Source: Candidatus Saganbacteria bacterium (GTDB lineage: Bacteria; Margulisbacteria; WOR-1; O2-12-FULL-45-9). Taken from it: DNA of 59,466 nucleotides. The position numbers and the translations under genes were made by a program. Every line of letters begins with the position of its first letter. Positions within the stretch are counted from its first letter, which is position 1. A model generated the notes under the pieces. It saw only the letters and a program-made list of their open reading frames with translations, was not told the DNA's origin and ran no database searches. The DNA lies in contig JACRKQ010000012.1 in assembly GCA_016219705.1 (NCBI GenBank), positions 1 through 59,466 of the forward strand, in the 5' to 3' direction. Below are positions 18,944 to 28,837 of the stretch, piece by piece.

Positions 18944-20006
18944 CCAAATTATCCAAGCCATTTTCCGTTAACGCCGAAACTTTAACAAATGGTTCATAAG
19001 AGGCCAAAGCCTCGTCAGGCAGAGCTTCACTTAAACAATCAATTTTATTAAAGACCGTAATAATCGGTTTGCTGGAGGCGTTTAATTCATCGAGCACCTG
19101 AAAAACTGCGTTGATCTGTTGTGGCCAATTGGGAGCCGAGATATCCACGATATGCAATAATAAATCAGCTTCGGTCACTTCCTCCAGCGTGGCTCGAAAA
19201 GCGGCAATCAGTTGATGGGGGAGCTTTTGGATAAAACCGACGGTGTCAGTTAATAAAATTGTTTTTTGCGGAGAAATCTCCAGCCTTTTCACGGTGGTGT
19301 CAAGGGTGGCAAATAATTTGTCTTCCGCCAAAACATCGGCGTTAGTCAACGCATTAAGCAGAGTTGATTTTCCGCTATTGGTGTAGCCGACCAGAGCGGC
19401 CAGCGGGAGCTGGCTTTTTTTACGTTTTTCCCGGCGCAAACTTCGTTCCGCGCGCAATTTAGCGATCCCTTTTTTCAGCTCCGAAATCTTGTCGCGAATC
19501 CGACGGCGGTCATATTCCAATTTGCTTTCTCCTGGACCTCTTGTCCCAATTCCTCCGCCCAGGCGCGACATCGAAACGCCGTGTCCCGTCAGCCGGGTGA
19601 TCTGAAATTCCGCCTGAGCCAATTCCACCTGCAATTTACCCTCACGGCTGCGGGCATGCTGGGCAAAAATATCTAAAATTAATTCCGTCCGGTCGATAAC
19701 TTTTGTCTCTAGCGCTTCTTCCAGGTTGCGGGTTTGCGCGGGAGAGAGGTCGACGTCAAAAATTAAAAGATTGGCGCCGGTAGAAGCGATTAATGATTTA
19801 AGCTCCGTTACTTTACCCGAGCCGATAAAATATTTCTGATCGGGGCGGGGCCGTTTTTGCGACAGCGACCCGACGACTTTGGCGTTGGCTGTTTTTGTCA
19901 AACGCGTCAACTCCTCCATAGATGCGGCCAGCGGGAATTCCTGGTCTTGCGGTAATTCGACCCCGACTAAGAGGGCTTTTTCTGGCGCAAAAACATTTTT
20001 TTCCAT
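18906..20006 (-). CDS. hflX: GTPase HflX
   Basis: GGGIGTRGPGE, VGYTNSGKS, LFATLD, DTVGFI, NKID. Confidence 0.97.
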   Translation of the reverse strand: MEKNVFAPEKALLVGVELPQDQEFPLAASMEELTRLTKTANAKVVGSLSQKRPRPDQKYFIGSGKVTELKSLIASTGANLLIFDVDLSPAQTRNLEEALETKVIDRTELILDIFAQHARSREGKLQVELAQAEFQITRLTGHGVSMSRLGGGIGTRGPGESKLEYDRRRIRDKISELKKGIAKLRAERSLRREKRKKSQLPLAALVGYTNSGKSTLLNALTNADVLAEDKLFATLDTTVKRLEISPQKTILLTDTVGFIQKLPHQLIAAFRATLEEVTEADLLLHIVDISAPNWPQQINAVFQVLDELNASSKPIITVFNKIDCLSEALPDEALASYEPFVKVSALTENGLDNLVKLLARRLVPLS

Positions 20007-20047
20007 TTCCTCCAGTATAACATGTGTGCTATAATTTCGCTGAGTTT

Positions 20048-21727
20048 ATGGTAGACCGAAATAAATCATTGCGCGATTGCCTGGTCAAAACAAAATTACT
20101 GTCGGAAGAACAGGTCAAGACGGCAATTGAAGAAGGCCGCCGGTCAGGGACAACCTTAATTAAAAGCATTCTCAAGTGCAATTTCCTGGATGAAAAAAAA
20201 CTCATCGATTTCCTGGAAAATGAAATGGATATTCCCCGCGTTGATTTAAGCGCCTACCAGGTCGATAAAAAAGTCCTTAACTCGATACCTTTTGCCACCT
20301 TGCAAAAACACAAAATTATGCCGCTGTTCAAAATTAGCGATATTTTGACAATAGCGACCATTGATCCTTTTGATGTGTTGGCGTTGGATGAGATCAGGTT
20401 GAAGAGTAAATGTGATATCGAACCGATGGTTGCTTCCCTGAAAGAGATCGCCCAGGCGATCAATCAATATTATGGGGTAGCCGGTTCGGTCAATGATCTG
20501 CTCAAGAAGATAGGTTCGGTTGATATCCCGGTTCCCCCTGTTCCCATCGGCATCCCCGAGGAAGAAGCGCCGATTGTTAAATTGGTAAATTTATTAATAA
20601 TGCGGGCGGCTAATGAAGGGGCTTCTGATATCCATATTGAGCCGACGGAACAGCAAGTGCGGATCCGTTATCGGGTGGACGGGGTGATGCACGATGTCTC
20701 TGGCGCTCCGACTTTTTTACATTCCGCTATCATCACCCGGATCAAAGTCTTGGCGCGCATGGATATCGCCGAATCGCGTGTCCCCCAGGATGGCCGGTTT
20801 GAACTGAAGACGGATGACAAGGCTATCGACTTGCGCGTCTCTTCTTATCCGACAATTTACGGCGAATGCCTGGTCATGCGTTTATTAGATAAAAGCAGTA
20901 TCCGTTACAGTCTGGAAGATTTAGGCTTCGGTAAAGATAATTTCGTGAAGTTCCAATCAATTATCGAACGGCCTTACGGCATTATCCTGGTGACCGGACC
21001 GACGGGATCGGGCAAGACCACAACTCTTTACGCCACCCTAAACAGTATTGTCAAACCGGGAATTAATGTCATGACGATTGAAGATCCGGTTGAATATGAA
21101 TTGGGTGGTGTCCGCCAGGCCCAGGTTAATGTCAAGGCGGGGATGGAATATGCCAATGCTTTGCGGGCGATGCTCCGGCAGGACCCTGATGTCATATTAG
21201 TCGGTGAAATCCGGGACCTGGAGACCGCGCGGGTGGCGATCCAGGCCGCCCTAACCGGCCATCTGGTTTTTTCCACCTTGCATACTAATGATGCGGCCGG
21301 CTCAATAACCCGCTTGATTGATATGGGAATTGAACCTTTCTTGGTGACTTCATCGCTGGCGGCGGTTGTGGCCCAGCGCCTGGTGCGGACAATCTGTGAA
21401 TATTGCAAAGAGACTTATAAAGCGCCAAAAGAATTAGTTGACAGGCTAGGTTTGCCGATTAATAAAGACTACCAATTCTATCACGGGAAAGGCTGCGTAC
21501 ATTGCAAAAATTCAGGATACAAGGGACGGATGGGAATTTACGAAATTCTGACCATAACTAATGAGATCCGCGACCTGGCGGTTAAAAAGATCAGCGATGT
21601 GCAGATTAAAGACGCGGCGATTAAGAGCGGGATGAAGACCCTGCGTGAAGATGGAATTGCCAAGGCGCTTGAGGGCAAAACAACCATTGAAGAAGTTTTA
21701 CGGGTAACCCAGCTTGACACGATTTAA
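20048..21727 (+). CDS. pilB: Type IV pilus/T2SS assembly ATPase (PilB/GspE)
   Basis: ASDIHIEP, GPTGSGKTTTLY, EDPVE, LRQDPD, STLHTN, two CxxC motifs. Confidence 0.9.
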   Translation: MVDRNKSLRDCLVKTKLLSEEQVKTAIEEGRRSGTTLIKSILKCNFLDEKKLIDFLENEMDIPRVDLSAYQVDKKVLNSIPFATLQKHKIMPLFKISDILTIATIDPFDVLALDEIRLKSKCDIEPMVASLKEIAQAINQYYGVAGSVNDLLKKIGSVDIPVPPVPIGIPEEEAPIVKLVNLLIMRAANEGASDIHIEPTEQQVRIRYRVDGVMHDVSGAPTFLHSAIITRIKVLARMDIAESRVPQDGRFELKTDDKAIDLRVSSYPTIYGECLVMRLLDKSSIRYSLEDLGFGKDNFVKFQSIIERPYGIILVTGPTGSGKTTTLYATLNSIVKPGINVMTIEDPVEYELGGVRQAQVNVKAGMEYANALRAMLRQDPDVILVGEIRDLETARVAIQAALTGHLVFSTLHTNDAAGSITRLIDMGIEPFLVTSSLAAVVAQRLVRTICEYCKETYKAPKELVDRLGLPINKDYQFYHGKGCVHCKNSGYKGRMGIYEILTITNEIRDLAVKKISDVQIKDAAIKSGMKTLREDGIAKALEGKTTIEEVLRVTQLDTI

Positions 21728-22940
21728 TTTTAAGGCGCGCGACCGCTATGGCGTCCTCTCCGAAGGGGCGATGGAGGCGGCGGATTCCAAAGCCGTGGCG
21801 CTGCATCTGTCCAGGTCCGGTTTTACTCCTGTGGCGATTGCCTCGGCAGGGACAAACGATCTCTTTGGTCAATTGTCCGCTTGGTTTGCAAAATTTCAAA
21901 ACGTAAAGCCGTCAGAAATTGTGGTTTTTACTCGCCAGCTTTCTTCTATTCTCGACGCTGGCGTGCCTCTCCTTGAAGGGCTTGATGCCGTCCATGAGCA
22001 GGTGCGTAACACCAAGTTCCGCGGCGTCATCAAAACGGTCCGCACAGATATTGAGCGCGGCAGCGCTTTTTCTGACGCGCTCGAAAAACACCAGGCTATT
22101 TTTTCTCTCTTGATCATTAATATGGTGCGGGCGGGGGAAAAGGCCGGCATTTTAAGCGAAGAGCTTGACCAAATTTCCAATCTCATCGAAAAAGATATGG
22201 AGACGGTGGAAAAGATTAAAACGGCGACCCGCTATCCCGTGGTGGTCATCGCTTCGCTGGCGGTGGCCTTTACTATTCTGATGGTGGCGGTCATTCCCCA
22301 ATTTGTAAAATTTTTCGGCGCCTTTAAAACGGAATTACCCCTGCCGACGCGGATATTGATCGGCATGAATTATCTCATCCAGCATTACTGGTATGTGATT
22401 ATAGGGACAGCTGTTTTATCCTCTTATGGCTTCACCCGGGCGCTGGCGACCGAGAAGGGGCGCTACGGCTGGGACCGCTTTATCCTGTCAACGCCGATCT
22501 TCGGCCCGCTTTTTCTCAAAATTTTTCTCTCCCGTTTTGCCCGCATGCTGGCGGCGATGCTCAAAAGCGGCATCCCGATTTTAGAAGCTTTGAGCATCAC
22601 GGCGGCGACGGTGAACAATAAAGTTATTTCTCATGTTATTGTAGACATGCGCGACAAGGTGTCGCAGGGCAAAAGTTTGGTCGAACCGATGAAGGGGAGC
22701 CATGTCTTCCCGCCGATTGCGGTGGCCATGGTGGCGATCGGGGAAAAGGCCGGTTCGTTGGAAAACATGCTCAATAAAGCGGCCGATTATTTTGATCGAG
22801 AAGCTAATTACACGATTGCCAATTTAACGCCGCTCCTGGAGCCGATCTTGATTTTCGGACTGGGCTTTGTCGTCCTGTTATTTGCCCTGGGAATTTTCTT
22901 GCCGATGTGGGACTTGATCAATGTTTATAAAAATTATTAA
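21714..22940 (+). CDS. pilC: Type IV pilus/T2SS inner membrane platform protein (PilC/GspF)
   Basis: FTRQL..L.AGVP, GEK.G.L twice, LLEP. Confidence 0.9.
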   Translation: MTRFNFKARDRYGVLSEGAMEAADSKAVALHLSRSGFTPVAIASAGTNDLFGQLSAWFAKFQNVKPSEIVVFTRQLSSILDAGVPLLEGLDAVHEQVRNTKFRGVIKTVRTDIERGSAFSDALEKHQAIFSLLIINMVRAGEKAGILSEELDQISNLIEKDMETVEKIKTATRYPVVVIASLAVAFTILMVAVIPQFVKFFGAFKTELPLPTRILIGMNYLIQHYWYVIIGTAVLSSYGFTRALATEKGRYGWDRFILSTPIFGPLFLKIFLSRFARMLAAMLKSGIPILEALSITAATVNNKVISHVIVDMRDKVSQGKSLVEPMKGSHVFPPIAVAMVAIGEKAGSLENMLNKAADYFDREANYTIANLTPLLEPILIFGLGFVVLLFALGIFLPMWDLINVYKNY

Positions 22941-22958
22941 GAAGGGATTGTGGTTTTC

Positions 22959-22986
22959 TTGACAAGATTTTCTGGTGTGTTAAAAT
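22959..22986 (+). promoter_or_regulatory. Sigma70-type promoter for the pilin gene
   Basis: TTGACA-N16-TAAAAT with extended TG; followed by AAGGAGG RBS. Confidence 0.65.
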
Positions 22987-23015
22987 CAGCTAGCCAAGGA
23001 GGTGAAAAAGAGACT

Positions 23016-23423
23016 ATGAAAAAAGGCTTTACCTTAATCGAACTCATTATGGTGATTGTTATCCTGGGTATTTTAGCGGCGACAGCTCTGCCCCGCTTTA
23101 TCGATTTGTCAGCCAAGGCTAAAGATAACGCGGCCAAAGCGAATTTAGGATCGGTGCGCGCGGCAGTGGCGATCAAATATGCCAGCAATGCGGCTAATAA
23201 CATTACTGCTGCTTCCGATAACAGCCAATCCAATTTTATTCCAGTTACAGTTGAGGCTGGCATGTTCCAGGACAGCATCATTCCCACGGAATCTTACAGC
23301 AACAGCAATGCGATTGAACTGGGGAATGCCGCTCCGACCGGAACAACCGGCGGGTGGTATTATAACAGTGTCCAGGGACGGGTTTACATAAACGATACCA
23401 CTAGCGGACGTTCCGGCTATTGA
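23016..23423 (+). CDS. Type IV pilin, likely the major pilin
   Basis: MKKG/FTLIELIMVIVILGILAA prepilin motif; has its own promoter and terminator. Confidence 0.9.
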   Translation: MKKGFTLIELIMVIVILGILAATALPRFIDLSAKAKDNAAKANLGSVRAAVAIKYASNAANNITAASDNSQSNFIPVTVEAGMFQDSIIPTESYSNSNAIELGNAAPTGTTGGWYYNSVQGRVYINDTTSGRSGY

Positions 23424-23439
23424 TTTTTTTGCTTGATAC

Positions 23440-23473
23440 AAAAGCCTCATCTCCTTCGGGGGATGAGGCTTTT
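23440..23473 (+). terminator. Intrinsic terminator after the pilin gene
   Basis: aaaagcctcatctcc-ttcg-ggggatgaggctttt hairpin. Confidence 0.8.
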
Positions 23474-23483
23474 CGGTGATATA

Positions 23484-25763
23484 ATGATTTTTACAAAAAA
23501 AGATGGCTGGGCGCTCCTTACTTTTCTCGGTCTTACGCTGCTTTTTTTCGCCCCCTTCCTTACGGGGGAACAAATTTTAGGCTTCAAGGATCTTTCCCGC
23601 TATTTTTATCCCTTGCGCTTCCTGATGGTCGAGCAGGCCAAAAGCGGACACTGGCCCTTATGGAACCCTTATCTCTTTTGCGGTTTCCCTTTGTTAGCGA
23701 CGCTGCAGATCTGTTTCTTTTATCCCTTAACTCTCCTTTATTATTTTTTACCCTTTAATTTAGCTTTTAACTATTTCACCATCCTGCATTATTTCCTGGC
23801 GGCGGCGTTTATGTATTGCCTTTTGCGTCACTATGATCTTAATCGCTGGAGCGCTCTTTTGGGCGGCTTGCTTTTTAGTTTTTCCGGCTATCTGCTCTCG
23901 GTTTACAACATGAATACCTCTCTAGCGGCCGCCGTCTGGCTGCCGCTGGCGGTTTTATTTTTTGACCGCTGGATGAATGGCGGAAAATTTTCCAATCTTG
24001 CCGGACTGGCGGTCTCTCTGGTTTTAACTTTCCTCGGCGGCGAACCGACAATAATCTATATGACAATATTATTATTATTCGCCTATGCGGTTGTTTTTTC
24101 CCAAACCCGGCGGCAGGGATTTATCAATTTATCGGGGCTAGCTTTAGCCTGCGCCATGGCGGCCGGTTTGGCGGCGGCGCAGCTGCTGCCGTTTATCGAA
24201 TTGGCGCGATTATCCGATCGAACGGGAAAAATTGCTTATGATCTAGCGACCTTCCGTTCTTTTCCGCCGCGGGAGCTGATCAATTTTATTTTTCCGTATT
24301 TTTTTGGCAATGCCGCCCAGTTTGGCAATTTGACGGAAAATTTGATCGGCAAAAATTTTCAAGACTGGTTAATTTCTCCCTATCTGGGGATATTGCCTTT
24401 GCTCTTTGCCGCTTTAGCTTTTAGCCGCCGCCGTCGGCTGGCCTGGTTTTGGCTGGGGACAGCGGTGGTCGGCCTGTTTCTAGCCTTTGGCTGTTATACC
24501 CCGTTTTATCATCTGGCTTATTTATTGCCGGGGATATCGATGATCCGCTATCCAGTCAAATATCTTTTTCTCGTCAATTTTTCTCTCGTCTGGCTGGCGG
24601 CGGCGGGATTTGACAATTTATCGCGCCAGCTAAGGAATGATTCTAAACAACTGGCTCGTATGTGCCGCTGGCTGTTAAATGCGGCTTTTTGTTTGGCTTT
24701 GGCCGCGGCTGCGGCCAATATATGCAAGGCGCGGATAATTCAATTATTGGTCGGGCATTATCCGGCGCAGGCCGCCCAATATTTTATCGTCCTGCTGCGC
24801 AATCTGGTTGATTTTAATCTTTTCAGCTTAACGCTGGTTAGCGCCAATCTCTTTGGTTTCGCTGTTTTGCTGCGCTGGGCCAGCCAAAAAAAAATTCACC
24901 CGAATATTTTTGCCGGTTTGATCTGCCTGCTTATCGCTGTCGACCTGTTCGCCAACAGCATGACGATAATGGTGCCGATCAATGCGAAATTATTTACTGC
25001 TCTCCCCGCGACGTATCGCCGCATGATTGAACAACCGACCAGAGGAAGATTTTTCTATATGCCAGCGGTGGAACAGCAAAACCGGATGACATTCGGCGAA
25101 AATTACGACGAAGCAATGTGGGAGGCCAAAGAGAACTTTACGGCCAATTGGCCCCTGCCGCACCATCTGGCCGATTTTTACGGTTATGAATCAATTAAAC
25201 CCCGGGCGCTGATGGATTATTATCGGAAAGAGTTTGGCGGCGGGCAAAAAATGACCAGCCAAAAACTTAACCAATTATCCGCCTATAATGTTAAATTTAT
25301 TATTTCTGCCGTACCGCTAAATTTCCCGCAACTTAAAATCATAAATGGCCGGTTTAAATTCGGCCGCAATTTTTATCTTTATGAAAATAACGGAGTTTTG
25401 CCGCTGGCCTATATGATCTTTCATGGCCGGACGGCTCGTATGAGCCGACAGACTATTCTTGATTTAAAAACGGCGCAGATTTTAAAATATGAACCAGATG
25501 AAGTTGTGATTAAAGTCGAGACTAAGAAGGCGGGCCAGCTATTTTTATCGGATTCATATTATCCCGGCTGGCGGGCCTGGGTGGATGATCAGCCAGTAAA
25601 AATCGAAAAATCCCAGGGCTTATTCAGGATTGTTCCGGTGCCGATGGGGGAACACCTGGTCCGTTTTCATTACGAACCGCGGTCCTTTTATCTCGGCGGA
25701 ATTATTAGCCTGCTTACTCTCGGGTTAATCCTGGTAGGGGCGGTAGTATTGCGTTACTATTAA
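23484..25763 (+). CDS. YfhO-family multi-pass membrane protein (GT-C-like)
   Basis: PLWNPY...G.P, many TM segments, YYPGW.A.VD, G.H.V.F.Y.P. Confidence 0.8.
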   Translation: MIFTKKDGWALLTFLGLTLLFFAPFLTGEQILGFKDLSRYFYPLRFLMVEQAKSGHWPLWNPYLFCGFPLLATLQICFFYPLTLLYYFLPFNLAFNYFTILHYFLAAAFMYCLLRHYDLNRWSALLGGLLFSFSGYLLSVYNMNTSLAAAVWLPLAVLFFDRWMNGGKFSNLAGLAVSLVLTFLGGEPTIIYMTILLLFAYAVVFSQTRRQGFINLSGLALACAMAAGLAAAQLLPFIELARLSDRTGKIAYDLATFRSFPPRELINFIFPYFFGNAAQFGNLTENLIGKNFQDWLISPYLGILPLLFAALAFSRRRRLAWFWLGTAVVGLFLAFGCYTPFYHLAYLLPGISMIRYPVKYLFLVNFSLVWLAAAGFDNLSRQLRNDSKQLARMCRWLLNAAFCLALAAAAANICKARIIQLLVGHYPAQAAQYFIVLLRNLVDFNLFSLTLVSANLFGFAVLLRWASQKKIHPNIFAGLICLLIAVDLFANSMTIMVPINAKLFTALPATYRRMIEQPTRGRFFYMPAVEQQNRMTFGENYDEAMWEAKENFTANWPLPHHLADFYGYESIKPRALMDYYRKEFGGGQKMTSQKLNQLSAYNVKFIISAVPLNFPQLKIINGRFKFGRNFYLYENNGVLPLAYMIFHGRTARMSRQTILDLKTAQILKYEPDEVVIKVETKKAGQLFLSDSYYPGWRAWVDDQPVKIEKSQGLFRIVPVPMGEHLVRFHYEPRSFYLGGIISLLTLGLILVGAVVLRYY
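25703..25748 (+). repeat. Direct repeat copy 1 (yfhO-like 3' region)
   Basis: 29 of the first 30 bp match 27047-27076, then degenerate. Confidence 0.85.
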
Positions 25764-25816
25764 AATCGTGTTATCATAGTAATGTAATCCTAGTGATTAA
25801 TTAAGGAGATGGTGTT

Positions 25817-27052
25817 GTGCGGGAAGAATTATTTGAGTTGAGCCGGAATTTGGTGGAAAACTACAATCGTCAATATCAGCGGTATTTCTTAAAGGAAAAC
25901 AAGCTTGACAGTCGATTGTCTGTAATTATTGGCCAGCGAGGAATCGGCAAGTCAACGGTGATTGTCCAGTATTTGCTGTCTCATTACGCAAAAGAACTTA
26001 AGGCTAATAAAGCGCTTTTTCTCCAAGCGGACCATTTTCTGGTCAATGAGATCTCTTTATATGAAATTGCTGAACAGTTTAACTCCCTGAATGGGAAAGT
26101 GCTCTGTTTTGATGAAATCCATAAATATGGCGACTGGTCAAGGCAGTTGAAGAGTATTTATGACACTTTTCCTGACTTGAAAATAATTGCTTCCGGCAGT
26201 TCCGCCCTGGAAATTTATAAAGGAACCCATGATTTAAGCCGGCGGGCGATTGTTTATGAAATGAGAGGGCTTTCCTTTAGAGAATTTATAGAAATTACCC
26301 TCAATCTGACACTAGAAGAACATACTTTGACAGATATTCTGCGTCAGCATGCTGAAATTGCTCGCGATATTGCCCAGCAGCTTAAAAGGAAAAACGAAAA
26401 AATTATCCCCTTGTTCAAAAGATATTTAGCTTATGGATATTATCCTTATTTTTTGGAGTTCGAAAATAAGGTCTTGTATTATCTTACGTTGGAACAGAAT
26501 ATTCATACGACGATAGAGGCGGATTTGCCCGCGATAAATCCCAATCTATCCGGCAGCAGCGTAAAAAAAATAAAAAAACTGCTGGCCTTTATCGCCAGCG
26601 CGGTCCCTTTTACCCCCGATCTAAAAAAACTTAAAACAATTTTGGATGTTGGTGATGAAAGAACGCTGAAGTCGTATTTGAAATATCTCGAAGACGCTGG
26701 TTTAATTCTTACCCTTACGGCGGGAGGCAGGGGAATGCGGGAGCTGGAAAAACCGGAGAAAATTTATTTGAATAATTTTAATCAAGCTTATGCTATCTCT
26801 GGTCATTACGGCGCTAATGTTGGCTGTATTAGGGAAACTTTTTTTGCCAATATGTTATCTTCGTTGGCGCGGCTCTCCTACGCTAAACAAGGGGATTTTC
26901 GTGTGAACGATAGGTTTGTCTTTGAAATAGGCGGCAGGAGTAAAAAATTTGATCAAATAAGCGCCATAAAAGATTCTTTTCTGGCGTTGGATGACATCGA
27001 ATACGGCAGCGGTAACAAAATCCCTTTATGGCTCTTTGGCTTTTTATATTAG
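25817..27052 (+). CDS. AAA_14/DUF4143 family ATPase
   Basis: GQRGIGKS, FDEIHKY, SGSS, KPEKIYL, RETFF, FEIGG, IPLWLFGFLY. Confidence 0.88.
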   Translation: MREELFELSRNLVENYNRQYQRYFLKENKLDSRLSVIIGQRGIGKSTVIVQYLLSHYAKELKANKALFLQADHFLVNEISLYEIAEQFNSLNGKVLCFDEIHKYGDWSRQLKSIYDTFPDLKIIASGSSALEIYKGTHDLSRRAIVYEMRGLSFREFIEITLNLTLEEHTLTDILRQHAEIARDIAQQLKRKNEKIIPLFKRYLAYGYYPYFLEFENKVLYYLTLEQNIHTTIEADLPAINPNLSGSSVKKIKKLLAFIASAVPFTPDLKKLKTILDVGDERTLKSYLKYLEDAGLILTLTAGGRGMRELEKPEKIYLNNFNQAYAISGHYGANVGCIRETFFANMLSSLARLSYAKQGDFRVNDRFVFEIGGRSKKFDQISAIKDSFLALDDIEYGSGNKIPLWLFGFLY

Positions 27053-27092
27053 CCTGCTTACGCTCGGGTTAATCCTAGTGGGGGGAGGGGTA
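27047..27092 (+). repeat. Direct repeat copy 2
   Basis: tattagcctgcttacgctcgggttaatcct...; contains the stop codons of both flanking genes. Confidence 0.85.
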
Positions 27093-28140
27093 ACTCAAAA
27101 GCGTCAGCGGCGAAATTATCGATTTTCCCAGCTTTGATGATGCCGTCAGCTCCATTCTTTAAAGCTCTTAAGCCATCATGCGAATCTAAATCATGAATTA
27201 ATATAAAACCGCTAAACGATGGTTTTTTGGCAAAACTAAACCCTTGGGCAGGATCTCTTAGTAAATGAACTAAAATGGGCGTGTCCATAGCTGGCATTGA
27301 GCCAGCGATGATCAGGAGATCGACCGGTGGTCTGCTTTCATCAAAAATTCTCTCAAGAACATCTTCCGAATTTGACCTAATCTCTGTCACAATAATTTCT
27401 GGAAGCAGGCTTCTAAGAGTAGAAGCAGTGGCTGGATCAGTTGAAATAACCAATATTTCTCTTATTCTGTCAGGTCTCCCTTCCTTTATAATAGGCACAG
27501 GAAAATTTTCCGATATTGCCAATCCGGGTGCCGTGGAGACCGGGTGGACGGTTGGCGGCGGGGCGACAACTAGCGGAGCGGGGGGAAGGGGTTGGGTAGA
27601 GGTCACAAAATGTCTTTTCAAAAAGTCAGTGGGGTCAGACTTCATCGGATTAGCAAAATCGGCAATTCCAAGGGCAATCATCATCGCATTTACCGCAGAA
27701 GAATTTGCTGCAATATAGCCGCTGTATCCATTATCTCTTAATAATTTTCCTAATTCCAGGCCGCTTATCCCGGGCATATCATTATCCATAAAGATAAGAT
27801 CAATTTTCTGTTCTGCGGCCAGAGCTAAAACTTGATCCTTGATCGGTTGCTGTTGATTTACTGTGACAACCTTTACGCTGTCATCCAACTCACCTTGAAT
27901 AAGCCCTTGATAAAGCTCGAGAATGTTTGGATTATCATCCACAACTAGAATTGTTCTTATAATCTCCGGTCGGCCTGGTTTAGCAGAAGCCGCTTTAATC
28001 CTAAGAGCACCTTGGGGAATATTTAGTTGTTCAAGTTTCGCCTCATCCGCAGAAGTACAAAAGTCTCTTATTCGTGCAGATGGAGTAGCTAGTCCCACTC
28101 GAGTCAGTGTGGTTCGTAGAAAATCTGTTATTCTAGACAT
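27058..28140 (-). CDS. Protein with two receiver-like domains (second degenerate) and orphan N-terminus
   Basis: ILVVDDN, DLIFMDNDMPGISG; second DLLIIAGSMPAMD lacks the phospho-Asp. Confidence 0.75.
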   Translation of the reverse strand: MSRITDFLRTTLTRVGLATPSARIRDFCTSADEAKLEQLNIPQGALRIKAASAKPGRPEIIRTILVVDDNPNILELYQGLIQGELDDSVKVVTVNQQQPIKDQVLALAAEQKIDLIFMDNDMPGISGLELGKLLRDNGYSGYIAANSSAVNAMMIALGIADFANPMKSDPTDFLKRHFVTSTQPLPPAPLVVAPPPTVHPVSTAPGLAISENFPVPIIKEGRPDRIREILVISTDPATASTLRSLLPEIIVTEIRSNSEDVLERIFDESRPPVDLLIIAGSMPAMDTPILVHLLRDPAQGFSFAKKPSFSGFILIHDLDSHDGLRALKNGADGIIKAGKIDNFAADAFELPLPPLGLTRA

Positions 28141-28197
28141 AATAATTTTACCTCCAATTTTTGTCTCGGTTCCTCGCGTTTTTGAAACCGCGAATTT

Positions 28198-28746
28198 TCA
28201 CTTTGTTAAATTAAAAAATTTTCTGACAAAGCGATCAAAGCCAATTTTTCCGCCGCTGTTGTCATCGACCCCAACAAAAGAACCTTCAGTTGTATTAGCG
28301 ATGATCCAGCCATTATATCCATCAGTCCGAAGCTGTCTGGCCAAAACATCGCCATTTACCCCATGACCTTGCATTGCGTAATCCAAAAAAACCATATCGG
28401 GCGCTTCTTCTCTGGACTTGGCAATAAAGTTATCGCTCTGATCAAATGTTTCAATCCGAACTCCTGGTCCCAGAAATCTCTGTAACAATCTCTTAAAAGC
28501 GGAAAGATTAAGAGGATCATCATCAACAATATAAATTAATTTGATAAATTGCGGCCTGTTTTTATTGGAGCCATCTGCAACTTTCGCAGGTGAAGCTGGG
28601 ATGTCCGGCCTCGTAGTCGGGCTGGCATCAAAGGGGAGAGTGGTTGACGGCAGGCCCGTTGGGGTTATCTTGGTCCCTCTTGTGAAGCTTCTGCAGTCAA
28701 ATGGCCCTTTTTTATGTAAAGATGGAGGCAGTCCGATCATTTTCAT
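28198..28746 (-). CDS. Single receiver-domain protein with Pro/Thr-rich N-terminal extension
   Basis: IYIVDDD, PDMVFLDYAM, NG..LA..LR. Confidence 0.75.
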   Translation of the reverse strand: MKMIGLPPSLHKKGPFDCRSFTRGTKITPTGLPSTTLPFDASPTTRPDIPASPAKVADGSNKNRPQFIKLIYIVDDDPLNLSAFKRLLQRFLGPGVRIETFDQSDNFIAKSREEAPDMVFLDYAMQGHGVNGDVLARQLRTDGYNGWIIANTTEGSFVGVDDNSGGKIGFDRFVRKFFNLTK

Positions 28747-28754
28747 ATACCTTA

Positions 28755-28781
28755 TTATCGCCGCCTTCCTCTGGAAATTTC
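28755..28781 (-). promoter_or_regulatory. Sigma28-like promoter motif GAAATTT-N12-GGCGATAA
   Basis: 8 nt upstream of ATG 28746. Confidence 0.65.
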
Positions 28782-28837
28782 ACTCTATTTTTGATATAAT
28801 ACCTTTAGTGTCTGTGGTGGGGAGGTTTTGCGAGCCC

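Noticed and set aside
28541-28837. N-terminal extension of ProRS in the ORF track
   Set aside because: Overlaps the divergent receiver gene; conserved ProRS begins at ATG 28838. The listed cysS (40121) and pabA (51492) extensions are rejected for the same reason
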